The notes under the pieces: generated by a model
Databases searched by the model: none
The model's input: the letters and a program-made list of their open reading frames with translations, nothing else
What the model was told of the DNA's origin: nothing
Shown here: positions 20,852-31,142 of the stretch, piece by piece
Layout of the letters: each line of letters starts with the position of its first letter
Numbering within the stretch: position 1 is the stretch's first letter
From: an uncultured Spirochaetales bacterium
Lineage (GTDB): Bacteria > UBP6 > UBA1177
Direction: 5' to 3'
Length of the DNA stretch: 64,000 nucleotides
NCBI GenBank assembly: GCA_902774115.1
Contig: CACYHH010000001.1
Span: forward strand, 604,794-668,793
Translations under genes and position numbers: made by a program

Positions 20852-22192
20852 ATGACAAAAAAAGCGGTCGATTTGCTTAAAGACAAACCTTCGAAGGCAA
20901 TTCTATCGCTCTCCATCCCGATAATCCTCCTCAACATCTTAAAAGGCGGCTTCAACATCGTCGACATGTTCTGGCTCGGGAGGCTCGGAAAAGATTTTCT
21001 TGCCGGTGTCAGCGCGTCTGTTTTTATGGTCTGGGCTGTAAACGGTCTCACCTCGCTCGTCACGGTCGGAATAGTCGCAGGAGTTTCGAGAAATATCGGC
21101 GAAGGCAGGATCGAAACGGCAAAAAGCAACTGCATGAGGGCGCTTGAACTCACATTTCTTCTCGGCGCTGCGTGCTCTGTTTTTCTTTTTCCGCTGATAA
21201 ATCCGCTTGTCGACATGATAAAACTTGAATCAACAGCCAGAACCGCCGGAATCGAGTATCTCCAAATAATGATCGGAACTTCCTTCGTTGCATTCATGAT
21301 GTTTTCGCTCCACTCCATCCTCATCGCGTGGGGAGACACAAAAACACCGGTAATAGTTGAAATCATTACATTTATTTTTAATATAGTGTTAAGTCCGCTC
21401 CTCATGTTCGGCTACGGTCAGATACCGAGACTTGAAACTGTCGGAGCCGCGGTCGCAACAATAATATGCTACCTGATAGCATCACTCCTCTACCTTTACA
21501 TCATCGTCAGAAACAAATGGATCCGCCTTGCAAGAACCGGAGACGAGATAAAATTCACCCGCTACATAACGCTCGGCTGTCCGGTCGCGCTTTCGAGCAT
21601 GTTTTTCTCATTCATCTACTTTTTCATTGCCAAAGTTACCGCAATTTTCGGATCAGGCGCGATCGGCGCAATGGGGATCGGCCACAAAATAGAATCTTTC
21701 ACCTACTTCATCGCCCACGGTTTCGCATCGGGTCTCTCGACTTTTGTCGGCAGAAACATCGGCGCAAAACTGGAGGAGCGGACTTTCGAAGCCTCGATAT
21801 TCTCATTCAAAGCGGTATGCCTCGTGACCGCGCTTTTTTCGCTTGTTTCGATCATTTTCGCTAAAGAATTTGTCGGTATATTCAACACCGACCCTGACCT
21901 TCTGCACCATGGAGTGCGCTACCTCTGGTTCGTAATGCCGGCTGAAATAATCCAGTGCGGCGGAATAGTCTTTGAAAACGGCACATTCGCAGGTTCCGGC
22001 TACACGAAACCGTCGTTTTACGTCGCTATGCCGATAATTTTCGCCCGAATTCCCCTTTCATGGTTTTTAGCAATAAAAATGGGGCTCGGCGCAAACGGAA
22101 TCTGGCTCACAATCGCACTCACCATGCTCCTTACGAACGGGATTTTCTGCGTTTTATACAGACAGAAAAAGTGGATCAAAACGAAAATCTGA
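20852..22192 (+). CDS. MATE family efflux transporter
   Basis: 446 aa with about 12 TM segments. N-terminal SIPIILLNILKGGFNIVDMFWLGRLG is typical of MatE. Confidence 0.85.
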   Translation: MTKKAVDLLKDKPSKAILSLSIPIILLNILKGGFNIVDMFWLGRLGKDFLAGVSASVFMVWAVNGLTSLVTVGIVAGVSRNIGEGRIETAKSNCMRALELTFLLGAACSVFLFPLINPLVDMIKLESTARTAGIEYLQIMIGTSFVAFMMFSLHSILIAWGDTKTPVIVEIITFIFNIVLSPLLMFGYGQIPRLETVGAAVATIICYLIASLLYLYIIVRNKWIRLARTGDEIKFTRYITLGCPVALSSMFFSFIYFFIAKVTAIFGSGAIGAMGIGHKIESFTYFIAHGFASGLSTFVGRNIGAKLEERTFEASIFSFKAVCLVTALFSLVSIIFAKEFVGIFNTDPDLLHHGVRYLWFVMPAEIIQCGGIVFENGTFAGSGYTKPSFYVAMPIIFARIPLSWFLAIKMGLGANGIWLTIALTMLLTNGIFCVLYRQKKWIKTKI

Positions 22193-22237
22193 ATTTTTGT
22201 TTTTTTTGAACGTAAAGGAAAATTTAGCTGAAGGAAC

Positions 22238-23446
22238 TTATTTTTTGCCGAACTTCTCTTCGTAAAGTTTCTTGGAATCCCTTGCAAGAACCAGTTCTTC
22301 GTTGGTCGGGATGACCATGACTTTAACTTTGGAATCGTCGGTGCTGACGACTGCTTCGCTTCCGCAGATCGTGTTGTTGAGTTCTTTGTTCATCTTGATG
22401 CCCATGAACTCAAGTCCTTCGACCGATCTTTCGCGGATCTCGCCGACATTCTCGCCTATTCCGCCGGTGAAGATGACTACATCGACTCCGCCCATTGCTG
22501 CAGCGTAGGAAGCGATGTACTTCTTGATTCTGTATGTGAACATTGCAAGAGCGAGAGCAGCACGTTTGTTGCCTTCGTCACGGGCTTTGCGGATATCGCG
22601 CATATCGTTGGAAATGCCGCTTACACCGAACAAACCGCTGTTTTTGTTAAACATTTTGTTAACTGCCTGATGTCCGCCCTCTTTATCGGCAAGGAAGAAG
22701 ATAACGCCCGGATCAACGTCGCCCGAACGGGTTCCCATCATTACGCCTTCAAGCGGAGTCATACCCATCGTGGTGTCGATCGACTTTCCGCCGTCAACTG
22801 CAGCCATCGAGCAGCCGTTTCCAAGGTGGCATGTAACGATCTTGAGGTCTTTGATGTCTTTTCCGAGCATCTCAGCGGCTCTGTTCGAAACGAAGAAGTG
22901 GCTCGATCCGTGGAAGCCGTATCTGCGGACTCTGTATTTTTCGTAGTATTTGTAGTCGATCGGATACATATAAGCGTAATCGGGCATCGTGTGATGGAAA
23001 GCGGTGTCGAAAGTTCCCGACATGAAGGTATCCGGGAAAAGTTTCTGGCAGGTTCTGATACCGATGATGTTTGCCGGAATGTGAAGCGGAGCGAGGTCGT
23101 TGCATTCCTGGATCCTGAAAACGACATCGTCCGTAACTTCAACGCTGCCGTGGTAGTATTCGCCGGCATGAACAAGTCTGTGAGCGATCGCCGTGATCTC
23201 CGATTTGTCTTTGATAACGCCGTTTTCGGTCATCATATCCATGATTTTGTTCAGAGCGACCGAATGGTCAGCAAGAGGAAGATTGACTTCGATCTTGTTT
23301 TTGGGATTGGTGATTTTAAGCTCGATGTGACCTTCGGGATTTCCGATTTTCTCTGCAAGACCTTTCGCGATGACAGTTTCGTCCGTCATGTCGAAAAGCT
23401 GGTACTTGATTGAAGAACTTCCGCAGTTGAGAACAAAAATTTTCAT
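22238..23446 (-). CDS. ackA: acetate kinase
   Basis: MKIFVLNCGSSSIKYQLF N-terminus, HRLVHAG, RYGFHGSSH and IFTGGIGEN. Confidence 0.95.
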   Translation of the reverse strand: MKIFVLNCGSSSIKYQLFDMTDETVIAKGLAEKIGNPEGHIELKITNPKNKIEVNLPLADHSVALNKIMDMMTENGVIKDKSEITAIAHRLVHAGEYYHGSVEVTDDVVFRIQECNDLAPLHIPANIIGIRTCQKLFPDTFMSGTFDTAFHHTMPDYAYMYPIDYKYYEKYRVRRYGFHGSSHFFVSNRAAEMLGKDIKDLKIVTCHLGNGCSMAAVDGGKSIDTTMGMTPLEGVMMGTRSGDVDPGVIFFLADKEGGHQAVNKMFNKNSGLFGVSGISNDMRDIRKARDEGNKRAALALAMFTYRIKKYIASYAAAMGGVDVVIFTGGIGENVGEIRERSVEGLEFMGIKMNKELNNTICGSEAVVSTDDSKVKVMVIPTNEELVLARDSKKLYEEKFGKK

Positions 23447-23514
23447 GAGAGCCTCCTAAAAAATTGTTAAAAGAATCCAAAGACGGCGGATAGTAGCCTA
23501 TCGGATTTTCATTT

Positions 23515-24417
23515 TCAAGAAAAAATCCTTTCGCAGTTGGCAAAATGTGTCTTTGCGATCTTATTCAGGATCTCTTTGCCGTAAGTGGCTGATATTTCTT
23601 CCAGAAGTTTGTCGGATTCTGCTCCGCTTCCGGGAACGAGCCTGAATTTGTTTTCAAGCACGGTTTCGCTTATCTGGTTCAGCGAAATCAGGTATCCGGC
23701 ACGCGCTATGACAGAGGCTATGGCGACCGCAGGATCCTGCTCGGCGCGTACCTGAAAATTGACCGGATTTTTGCCCGCAGCCGCGATTATCCTTGCATTT
23801 GCGGAATATGAAGTGGTGAATTTATCGACCAGAACCCGCTTTATGTCATCTCTTTTTGCGACAACATTGGCAATAGCCTTGGAATGCGCCCAGGCAAGAA
23901 GATCGGTGAGGTTCTTTCCCTGCTCGGAGAGATTCTGATAGAATGAATTGTATCTTTCGGGCATGATGCGAACCATCGAAAAAGAGTCACGGAAATCAGC
24001 GTTTATTTTTTCATAAATATCCAATATTTCTTCATTTTTCATTCTTTTGCTGTCTTTCGCACCGAGTTTCATCAAAGCCTCCTCTTTTTTTCCCAGCAAA
24101 AACGAGCAGACAACAAGCGGTCCGAAAACGTCGCCCTTCCCCGCTTCGTCGCTTCCTAAAGTTCCGATATTCGTGATGAGCGAAAGAAGCAGCGATTTTA
24201 TCTCAGGATCATTTGTAACCACGGAAAAACCTTTCTTTTCGGTGTGGTAAATCGCGACAGAAACTAACTTGTCCTCGCTCTTTCCTGTTTTAAGTGTCAC
24301 GCCGTAAGGAATTTCCTTAATATTTTCACTGTTTATCGTGTACGAAGCCTCAAGCAGTTTTATATATGCCTTCTCGACAAAATCAGAAAGAATCTTATCT
24401 TGGGAAAACAAATTCAA
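23515..24417 (-). CDS. rnhC: ribonuclease HIII
   Basis: 300 aa. N-terminal TBP-like domain followed by GSDEAGKGDVFGPLVV, the RNase HII/HIII catalytic motif. Confidence 0.8.
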   Translation of the reverse strand: MNLFSQDKILSDFVEKAYIKLLEASYTINSENIKEIPYGVTLKTGKSEDKLVSVAIYHTEKKGFSVVTNDPEIKSLLLSLITNIGTLGSDEAGKGDVFGPLVVCSFLLGKKEEALMKLGAKDSKRMKNEEILDIYEKINADFRDSFSMVRIMPERYNSFYQNLSEQGKNLTDLLAWAHSKAIANVVAKRDDIKRVLVDKFTTSYSANARIIAAAGKNPVNFQVRAEQDPAVAIASVIARAGYLISLNQISETVLENKFRLVPGSGAESDKLLEEISATYGKEILNKIAKTHFANCERIFS

Positions 24418-24428
24418 AATGACCTCTT

Positions 24429-24806
24429 TTACAAATAAAATTGAATGGTTTCCAGTATTTTATCGTAGTCTACGGGCTTGATGAAAACATCGTCGAACCC
24501 CTGCGCGACAAAGTGTTTTCTGTCTTCTTCGAAAGAGTATGCCGTCATCGCGAAAATAGGAACAGATATTCTTGTCGACTCCTCTTTCGCCCTCATTTTA
24601 TGCATCATTTCGATCCCGTCCATTCCCGGCAGCTGAATATCGGTTATTACAGCGGACAAACCGGCAGTTTTGTCATAAATCTCCATTGCATCGAATGCAT
24701 TAGCCGCGGAAAAAACCTCGATATTTCTCCGCTCGAAACTTTTGACGGAAACAATCAGATTCGCCGGATCGTCTTCAACTATGAGAATTTTCAGTCTTTC
24801 AGCCAT
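24429..24806 (-). CDS. single-domain response regulator (CheY-like receiver)
   Basis: Contains ILIVEDDP and ITDIQLPGMDG with the phospho-acceptor Asp. 125 aa, no output domain. Confidence 0.9.
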   Translation of the reverse strand: MAERLKILIVEDDPANLIVSVKSFERRNIEVFSAANAFDAMEIYDKTAGLSAVITDIQLPGMDGIEMMHKMRAKEESTRISVPIFAMTAYSFEEDRKHFVAQGFDDVFIKPVDYDKILETIQFYL

Positions 24807-24933
24807 ATCTTCTCCAAAAAACGCCTGATATTAAGCATTCTCCGATTTTTTTCAATGAAAAAGGATTCTTATTTGCAAATTTCCCGTTTTTGTGAAATCA
24901 TCAGCCGTTGTGGATTGAAAAACGGAGGCATTC

Positions 24934-26253
24934 ATGAAAAAGTATTTGATTTTATTACTTCTTTTTTGTTCATTCACTGTTTATGCAGACATTTACAAAG
25001 ATGAGGCAAAAAAGATAACTGCCGACAAAAAACGAATCTCGGAAATCGGGAAAAAACTTTCGACCGACGAAAAGGAATGCGAAAATCCTTCAAAAAACGA
25101 TCTTTCGAGAAACGTTGTCAGCGAACTTAAAATCTACTGCGAAGCCCGCGAATCGGCAAAATCGCGTATTCCCGACATAAAAAATCTGCTCGCCGAATAC
25201 GAAAATATTCTCAAAAACTATCTTGATGAGTGCAAAACCGTCGATACAGACGAAAAATATTCGAAATGCGAGTCGCTTGACCAGCAGGTGGCAGCTTCAG
25301 CAGAGCGTCTCAACGACGAAAAAGAGAAGTTCAACAGTGAAATCGACACGATGGAAAACGCCGCGGCAAGAGCCAAAGAACTTAACGAAAGAAGCAATGA
25401 CGCAGGCAGAGAGGATTTCAAAAGAACTGTGACAAACAACCTGAACGCGAAGAAAGAACTCGTGCAGGCTATGCAGAAAGGACTGGAAGAAGACAATAAA
25501 GTTTTCAAGACATCAAAAACCAAATTGAATCAGTCTCTTAAGAACGATTCCCCCGATTCGGCAAAGATAGGCAAAGATTTTCTTGGCGGTCTCAACAGCA
25601 TTCTGCTCCAGAACAACAACCTGCGCCAGATCTGCGCTTCGATGCTGAAAACAATAAACGAGGCTCAGAATGTCTGCGTCACCAAACTGAACATGGATAA
25701 ATGCCGGAAAGAGGAAACAAAACTGGAAAATCTTTTCAACGACGGCAATTCAAAACTTTCAGCTTACAAAGACGAGAAAAACAATTTAGTCGCGATCGAA
25801 AACGACTATCACAAAGCGGGAATGGGAAACATCCTCGCAAAAACCGAGAACGCGCAGAAGACGATTTCGAACTATCTGCAGGGTCTGAAAGAGCAGAACA
25901 GCTATCTGAACCAGCAGTTGGGAATGAGCGATAAAAACACTGAAATTGTCAAAAGCAGAAACAACAAAAAGCTGCTTGACACATATCTCAAACTTGTCGC
26001 GACGATGAAGGAACTTGAGAAAGAAAGTGCTGAATTTATAAAGTTTTACGAAGAATATCTTAGTAAAATCAACAACTTTACTGCAACATGCGTCAACGGA
26101 AAATCAGAATTTACAACCGAATGCAAAATCGAAGGCGACAAAATCGTGAACGATATCAATACTCAGGAACCCAAAATCATGAAATACGGGGAAAATCTCA
26201 ACAAATTCAATAAAGATTTCGCTGATTTTTTTAATAAATTCAACAAAAATTAG
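24934..26253 (+). CDS. secreted coiled-coil protein, hypothetical
   Basis: Signal peptide MKKYLILLLLFCSFTVYA. Lys/Glu/Asn-rich heptad-like sequence throughout. Confidence 0.6.
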   Translation: MKKYLILLLLFCSFTVYADIYKDEAKKITADKKRISEIGKKLSTDEKECENPSKNDLSRNVVSELKIYCEARESAKSRIPDIKNLLAEYENILKNYLDECKTVDTDEKYSKCESLDQQVAASAERLNDEKEKFNSEIDTMENAAARAKELNERSNDAGREDFKRTVTNNLNAKKELVQAMQKGLEEDNKVFKTSKTKLNQSLKNDSPDSAKIGKDFLGGLNSILLQNNNLRQICASMLKTINEAQNVCVTKLNMDKCRKEETKLENLFNDGNSKLSAYKDEKNNLVAIENDYHKAGMGNILAKTENAQKTISNYLQGLKEQNSYLNQQLGMSDKNTEIVKSRNNKKLLDTYLKLVATMKELEKESAEFIKFYEEYLSKINNFTATCVNGKSEFTTECKIEGDKIVNDINTQEPKIMKYGENLNKFNKDFADFFNKFNKN

Positions 26254-29200
26254 AGAGTAAGAAGCGCGCAGCCGCCTTTTCCGCCTTTTTCTTCATCAGA
26301 TTCAGAACTTTCGGAAGTCTCTGTTGAATCTGAAGTAGAATCTGTTGGATCTGCGCTGTCGGACGAATCGGAAGTATCGGCTGAATCTGAGGAATCAGCC
26401 GTATCAGACGGATCGGACAAGTCCGAAGTATCAGTTTTATCAGAAGTATCCGTATCACTTGAATCAGCCGGATCTTCACCTGGTTTTTCGTCTCCGGTGT
26501 CAGCAGTGTCCTCATCATTTTCGTCTCCGGTATCCGATGAATCAGCATCCGGATTTTCGTTTTCCGTGTCGCTTGTATCAGCCGGATCGTCATCATTTTC
26601 AGGAGTTATTTCAAACTCATCAAGGACAAACTGCAACAAATTGATTTTATTATCTTTTTCAAGAACAGTCTCAAACGGGAATCCCATAACGAAAACTTTT
26701 TTGCTGTCGGTTTTCGTCAGAATTCCGGCACCAAGAGTCTTTGAATTGTCATAGAAAAGAACTTTTTTACCGGCATTTTCGTCAAACGGAGCGAGAACAT
26801 CGGCATATTCAGCCTGATAAATATATGTTCCGTCATCAAAACTTCCCGATATTGTTGAAAAATCATCTGCTCCAAAGAAAGTGTACAGTCCCGATTCGTC
26901 AGCGACATACTTTGCATTCAGAGTTTCGTTGAAAAATGATTTGTCGTCAGCACTGCCTTTGTAGTCAAGATCCCATCCTATTTCGGCACCGCTTACGAAA
27001 AGTGCTCCGCCGTTATTGAGATATTCCGCAATTTTTTCCTGTTCTGCATGATTGAAAGTCTCGTTTTCGGTACTCTGCTCGCCCAGGAACCATAAAATCA
27101 TATCGTATTTTGAAAGATCCATTCCTGCAACATTGGCTCTCTGCGTGAAATCAAGGGAATATCCGAGTTCGGCGAGTAACGGCGCATAGTATTTTGCGTA
27201 ATCAAAACTATTAACATTTTCAAGAATATAACGGTGATTTGCGCTGTTTCCTTCATTAAAGCGCGGCATTGAGTTGTCTATCCTTTCAAAACCGTCAACA
27301 AGAAGGATCTGTGCACCCGTTTTAACCGGAACCGCTGCCGCGACCGCGCTCGGAAACGAGACACCGCCTGCGTTGTAGGCGACGACTCTGAAATAAACCG
27401 GCATGTTCTCTTCAAAATTTTTAGTCCATTCAAGCACATTTCCGACATTTACGCCGTCATTGAAAGCAACTCCGTCAGTTGAAGTCTGAACATAATAACC
27501 TGCCGCCGGATGACCTTTGTAATAATTGGGAGAATCGCTTTCCGGAGCGTCCCAGGAAAGCGTTACCGAGCCGTCTGCATTACTTTTTGCCCTTAAATTA
27601 CGCGGACTTCCCGGAAGAAATACGGGCGTTGTGCCGTCTTTGTCAGCATAATACCGGACAATCGCCTGATAAGCCGCACGCATCGCAATATCGCGGTATT
27701 TCGGGTTTCTAAGCATTTTAGAATCGCTTTCAGATGTGTGGAAAGCGAGTTCAACAAGAACTGACGGCATTTCGGGATTGTTATTTTTATTTATTTCGCC
27801 GAAATATGCACTGTAAAGCCCGTTTCCGTATACTTTATAGTTTGAATTAAACAATGCTTTGACAGAATTGAGAATCCTGTTGTGGACAAGTGATGCAAGT
27901 TCTTCGCTTCCTTCGGCAGCATAACCCGGCGTATAACCGACTCCGCCGCCCTGCCCCGGACTGTAAATATAAGTTGAAAGCCCGGTAACGCTTGTATCGC
28001 TGACAGCATTGGAATGGATTGCGATATAAAGCGAATCATCACTTTCCTCATTTTCCCACGCAGCCCAGCGGCTTCTCGTCGAGACATCGTCATCTCTGTC
28101 GTTGTATGCCGTATCGGAACGATGATAGACAGAACCGCTCGTTCCGCCCAAGAACTGTACATTGTGGACTGCCGACTCTTCCCAGCGCGGCTTGCCTGAA
28201 ACTGTCGGAGTCTTGGTTTTTCCGCGCTTGATAAGCCCCGTTCCGCCGCCGAAACGAACTGCATCTGCGATCAGATAAGCACCGCTTTCGCCTGAATCGC
28301 TCAAAGTTACAGAGCCGTTTTCCTTGGACAAACCTTGACGGAAATAGTATCTGCCGAGGTCGATCCAGGTAGATCCGTGATGCTGCTGGTTTACCGTGAC
28401 TTTACTTGTGCCGCCGGCATGTTTGATTGTGTAAACCGCCTTATCGCTTCTGTTCTCACCTCTTCTGTAAGCGACATAAACATGATAAAATCCGTCTTCG
28501 GGAATGTTTGCCGTCCAGCGGGCCCAAGCTCCGTTTCCGGTCGCTGCAAAACGGTATTTGCCGCTTCTCAGAGGATTGACATCGATCGCGATCGGATATG
28601 TAGTCCGAGCGTAACCGAAACCGTCACTTCCTTCGTCTGACCAGCTGCCGCTTTCTTCGTAAATTCCGTCAGAATCTGCGTAATTTGTTCCGTCGGCTTC
28701 GTCGATTATCACCATTTTTTCCTGACGGTCCCTTTCGCGTGCCGAAAAAACCATACCTCCGGCATTCTGAAGATAAGGAATCAGAAAATAACTCACCATT
28801 TCGGCATTTGAATCGTCTTCGCGCATTCCCTGCGAAACATCGCGCTGAGTCCGCCAGCCTGGTTCGCTTACAAATGCATCCGAATCATCATAGTTGATAG
28901 TGTAGGTCCAGCCGTGCCCTGCGCTTACAAAAAGTGTTTTCCCGGAAAGCGCGCCGGTGATGTTTCCGTGCTGCACCTGAGGAGAAAGAGATTTTATCTT
29001 TTTGGTTTTCGGCTTCACACCGCCGTTTTCTTCCTCTTCTTTTGTGACAACAGGAGGTTCTTTCGGCAGAAACTCCGTCGCCCTTTTGTATTCACCCGCG
29101 TCATCAGTTCTCAAGAGAATGTGAAGATGCCTGAAACCGACATTCAGCGAAACAAGAGTGTTCAGGTAGAAACGGCTCAGTTTTTCAAGTTTTATGTCAT

Positions 29201-29390
29201 TGAAATCATGGAGATAACTTTCAGGAACGGTGACAAAAAACGAAGCCTCGTTTGTTTCAGTGTTCACAACAATTCTGTCAATCGAAATTCCTTTCACATC
29301 AAAATTTTTGAGCGGAATATCAAGTTCGGCCGCAAAAAGAGCGGAAAAACAAAAAAACATAAAAACAAGAATGAAAAATCCTTTTTTCAT
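26250..29390 (-). CDS. large secreted N-acetylmuramoyl-L-alanine amidase-like protein (split Amidase_3, FN3, GATase1/ThuA-like domain, acidic tail, Cys tail)
   Basis: Signal peptide after a GGAGG RBS (ATG at 29390). Amidase_3 landmarks are SAGHGWT ... IAIHSNA ... LVELAFHTSESD. FN3-like segment PRNLRAKSNADGSVTLSWDAP. Has a D/S/T acidic tail and ends GGCALLTL. Confidence 0.7.
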   Translation of the reverse strand: MKKGFFILVFMFFCFSALFAAELDIPLKNFDVKGISIDRIVVNTETNEASFFVTVPESYLHDFNDIKLEKLSRFYLNTLVSLNVGFRHLHILLRTDDAGEYKRATEFLPKEPPVVTKEEEENGGVKPKTKKIKSLSPQVQHGNITGALSGKTLFVSAGHGWTYTINYDDSDAFVSEPGWRTQRDVSQGMREDDSNAEMVSYFLIPYLQNAGGMVFSARERDRQEKMVIIDEADGTNYADSDGIYEESGSWSDEGSDGFGYARTTYPIAIDVNPLRSGKYRFAATGNGAWARWTANIPEDGFYHVYVAYRRGENRSDKAVYTIKHAGGTSKVTVNQQHHGSTWIDLGRYYFRQGLSKENGSVTLSDSGESGAYLIADAVRFGGGTGLIKRGKTKTPTVSGKPRWEESAVHNVQFLGGTSGSVYHRSDTAYNDRDDDVSTRSRWAAWENEESDDSLYIAIHSNAVSDTSVTGLSTYIYSPGQGGGVGYTPGYAAEGSEELASLVHNRILNSVKALFNSNYKVYGNGLYSAYFGEINKNNNPEMPSVLVELAFHTSESDSKMLRNPKYRDIAMRAAYQAIVRYYADKDGTTPVFLPGSPRNLRAKSNADGSVTLSWDAPESDSPNYYKGHPAAGYYVQTSTDGVAFNDGVNVGNVLEWTKNFEENMPVYFRVVAYNAGGVSFPSAVAAAVPVKTGAQILLVDGFERIDNSMPRFNEGNSANHRYILENVNSFDYAKYYAPLLAELGYSLDFTQRANVAGMDLSKYDMILWFLGEQSTENETFNHAEQEKIAEYLNNGGALFVSGAEIGWDLDYKGSADDKSFFNETLNAKYVADESGLYTFFGADDFSTISGSFDDGTYIYQAEYADVLAPFDENAGKKVLFYDNSKTLGAGILTKTDSKKVFVMGFPFETVLEKDNKINLLQFVLDEFEITPENDDDPADTSDTENENPDADSSDTGDENDEDTADTGDEKPGEDPADSSDTDTSDKTDTSDLSDPSDTADSSDSADTSDSSDSADPTDSTSDSTETSESSESDEEKGGKGGCALLTL

Positions 29391-29424
29391 CACCGCCTCC
29401 ATACCAAGAGCTATATTCTAATAT

Positions 29425-29465
29425 AAAAAAAATCCGTACAACACACAAATGTGCATTGTACGGAT
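29425..29465 (-). terminator. Rho-independent terminator after pruA
   Basis: 10-bp stem ATCCGTACAA / TTGTACGGAT (29432-41 / 29456-65), followed on the minus strand by T8. Confidence 0.75.
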
Positions 29466-29491
29466 AAAGTGAAAAGAATCAAGCGGTTAGA

Positions 29492-31126
29492 CTATTTCTC
29501 TTTAAGGAATGCGTATTCGTATGAGGTCGGAGAAACAAGGCTTTCCTTGATCGCTCTCTGGCTTGTCCATCTGAGAAGGTTGACGCTGCTGCCCGCCTTG
29601 TCGTTTGTTCCGCTGCCTCTTGCGCCGCCGAAGGGCTGCTGGCCGACAACTGCACCGGTCGGTTTGTCGTTGATGTAGAAGTTGCCTGCGCAGTGTCTGA
29701 GTGCGTCCTCAGCCTGAGCGACTGCCTTTCTGTCGTTTGCGAAGATCGAACCGGTAAGAGCGTACGGAGAAGTCTTGTCGCAAAGTTCCATCGTCTCTGC
29801 GAATTTCTTGTCGTCGTAGACATAAACTGTAAGAACAGGTGCGAAGATCTCTTCTTCCATCGTTACGAAGTGCGGATCAAGTGCTTCGATGACTGTCGGC
29901 TGAATGAAGTATCCTTTCTTCTTGTCGCCGGTTCCGCCTGCAACGATCTTAGCGTCTTTGGACTTCTTAGCGGTGTTGATGTAGTTCATCGTGTTGTCGA
30001 AGCTGTTTTCGTCGATGACTGCGCCCATGTAGTTTCTGAAATCGGTAACATCGCCGACTTTGATCGTGCTGATCATATCGCACATTCTGTCTTTGATCTG
30101 CTTCCAGAGCGACTTCGGAACGTACATTCTCGAAGCTGCCGAGCATTTCTGACCCTGATATTCGAAAGAACCTCTGACTGCCGCAACTGCGACTTCGTCA
30201 ACGTTTGCCGAACTGTGGACGAATATGAAGTCCTTGCCGCCTGTTTCGCCGACAATTCTCGGATATGAACGGTAAATGTCGATGTTGTTTGCCGATCTCT
30301 TCCAGATCGATTTGAAAACAGAGGTCGAACCTGTGAAGTGAAGACCTGCGAATTCCGGAGAATCAACAGCCGGATCGCCGATGCTGCCGCCGCGGCCCGG
30401 AAGGAAGTTGATAACGCCGTCCGGAAGTCCTGCTTCCTGGAAGATCTTCATGAGGTAGTAGTTCGAAAGAAGAGCGGTAGATGCCGGTTTCCAGAGAACT
30501 ACGTTGCCCATAAGAGCCGGAGACATCGGAAGGTTTCCTGCGATAGAGGTGAAGTTGAAGGGAGTTACTGCGAGAACAAAGCCTTCGAGAGCTCTGAATT
30601 CGACGCGGTTCCATGTTCCTTTATCGTTGTGAAGATCCTGTCTGCGGTAGATTTCCTGCATATAGTGAGAATTGAAACGGCAGAAGTCGATGAGTTCGCA
30701 GGTCGAGTCGATCTCAGCCTGGTGGCAGGTCTTGCTCTGGTTGAGCATCGTAGCCGCGTTCATTTTGTAGCGGTATCTCTGCGAAATGAGCTCGCCCGCC
30801 TTCATGAAAATGGCAGCTCTCTGGTGCCAGTCCATGTTCTCCCACTCTCTCTTTGCTTCGAGAGCGCATTTGATAGCCTTCTGGACTTCTTTTTCGCCGC
30901 CAAGATGGCATACGCCGAGAACGTGTTTGTGATCGTGCGGAGCGACGACTTTCATCGTTTTGCCCGTTCTGATCTCTTTGCCGCCGATGATAAGCGGGAT
31001 CTCGACTTCCTGTTTGAGCTGTGCAGCAAGTTCGTCTTTCAGAAGTTTCTTTTCAGCAGAACCCGGAGCATAAGCGTAAACGGGTTCATTCTGCGGACGC
31101 GGAATCGAATAGATAGCGTTTGTCAT
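29492..31126 (-). CDS. pruA: L-glutamate gamma-semialdehyde (1-pyrroline-5-carboxylate) dehydrogenase
   Basis: 544-aa ALDH. N-terminus NAIYSIPRPQNEPVYAYAPGS and overall layout are typical of long-form P5CDH. Catalytic region is FEYQGQKCSAASR. Confidence 0.8.
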   Translation of the reverse strand: MTNAIYSIPRPQNEPVYAYAPGSAEKKLLKDELAAQLKQEVEIPLIIGGKEIRTGKTMKVVAPHDHKHVLGVCHLGGEKEVQKAIKCALEAKREWENMDWHQRAAIFMKAGELISQRYRYKMNAATMLNQSKTCHQAEIDSTCELIDFCRFNSHYMQEIYRRQDLHNDKGTWNRVEFRALEGFVLAVTPFNFTSIAGNLPMSPALMGNVVLWKPASTALLSNYYLMKIFQEAGLPDGVINFLPGRGGSIGDPAVDSPEFAGLHFTGSTSVFKSIWKRSANNIDIYRSYPRIVGETGGKDFIFVHSSANVDEVAVAAVRGSFEYQGQKCSAASRMYVPKSLWKQIKDRMCDMISTIKVGDVTDFRNYMGAVIDENSFDNTMNYINTAKKSKDAKIVAGGTGDKKKGYFIQPTVIEALDPHFVTMEEEIFAPVLTVYVYDDKKFAETMELCDKTSPYALTGSIFANDRKAVAQAEDALRHCAGNFYINDKPTGAVVGQQPFGGARGSGTNDKAGSSVNLLRWTSQRAIKESLVSPTSYEYAFLKEK

Positions 31127-31142
31127 TTTCTTCTCCTACAAA

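Noticed and set aside
20725-21405. 226-aa minus-strand ORF spanning the tRNA-Ala and the 5' part of the MATE gene.
   Set aside because: It overlaps a well-folded tRNA and is antisense to a strongly supported transporter gene. Its sequence is low in complexity.
22193-22237. Terminator between the convergent MATE and ackA genes.
   Set aside because: There are only T/A runs and no convincing GC-rich stem.
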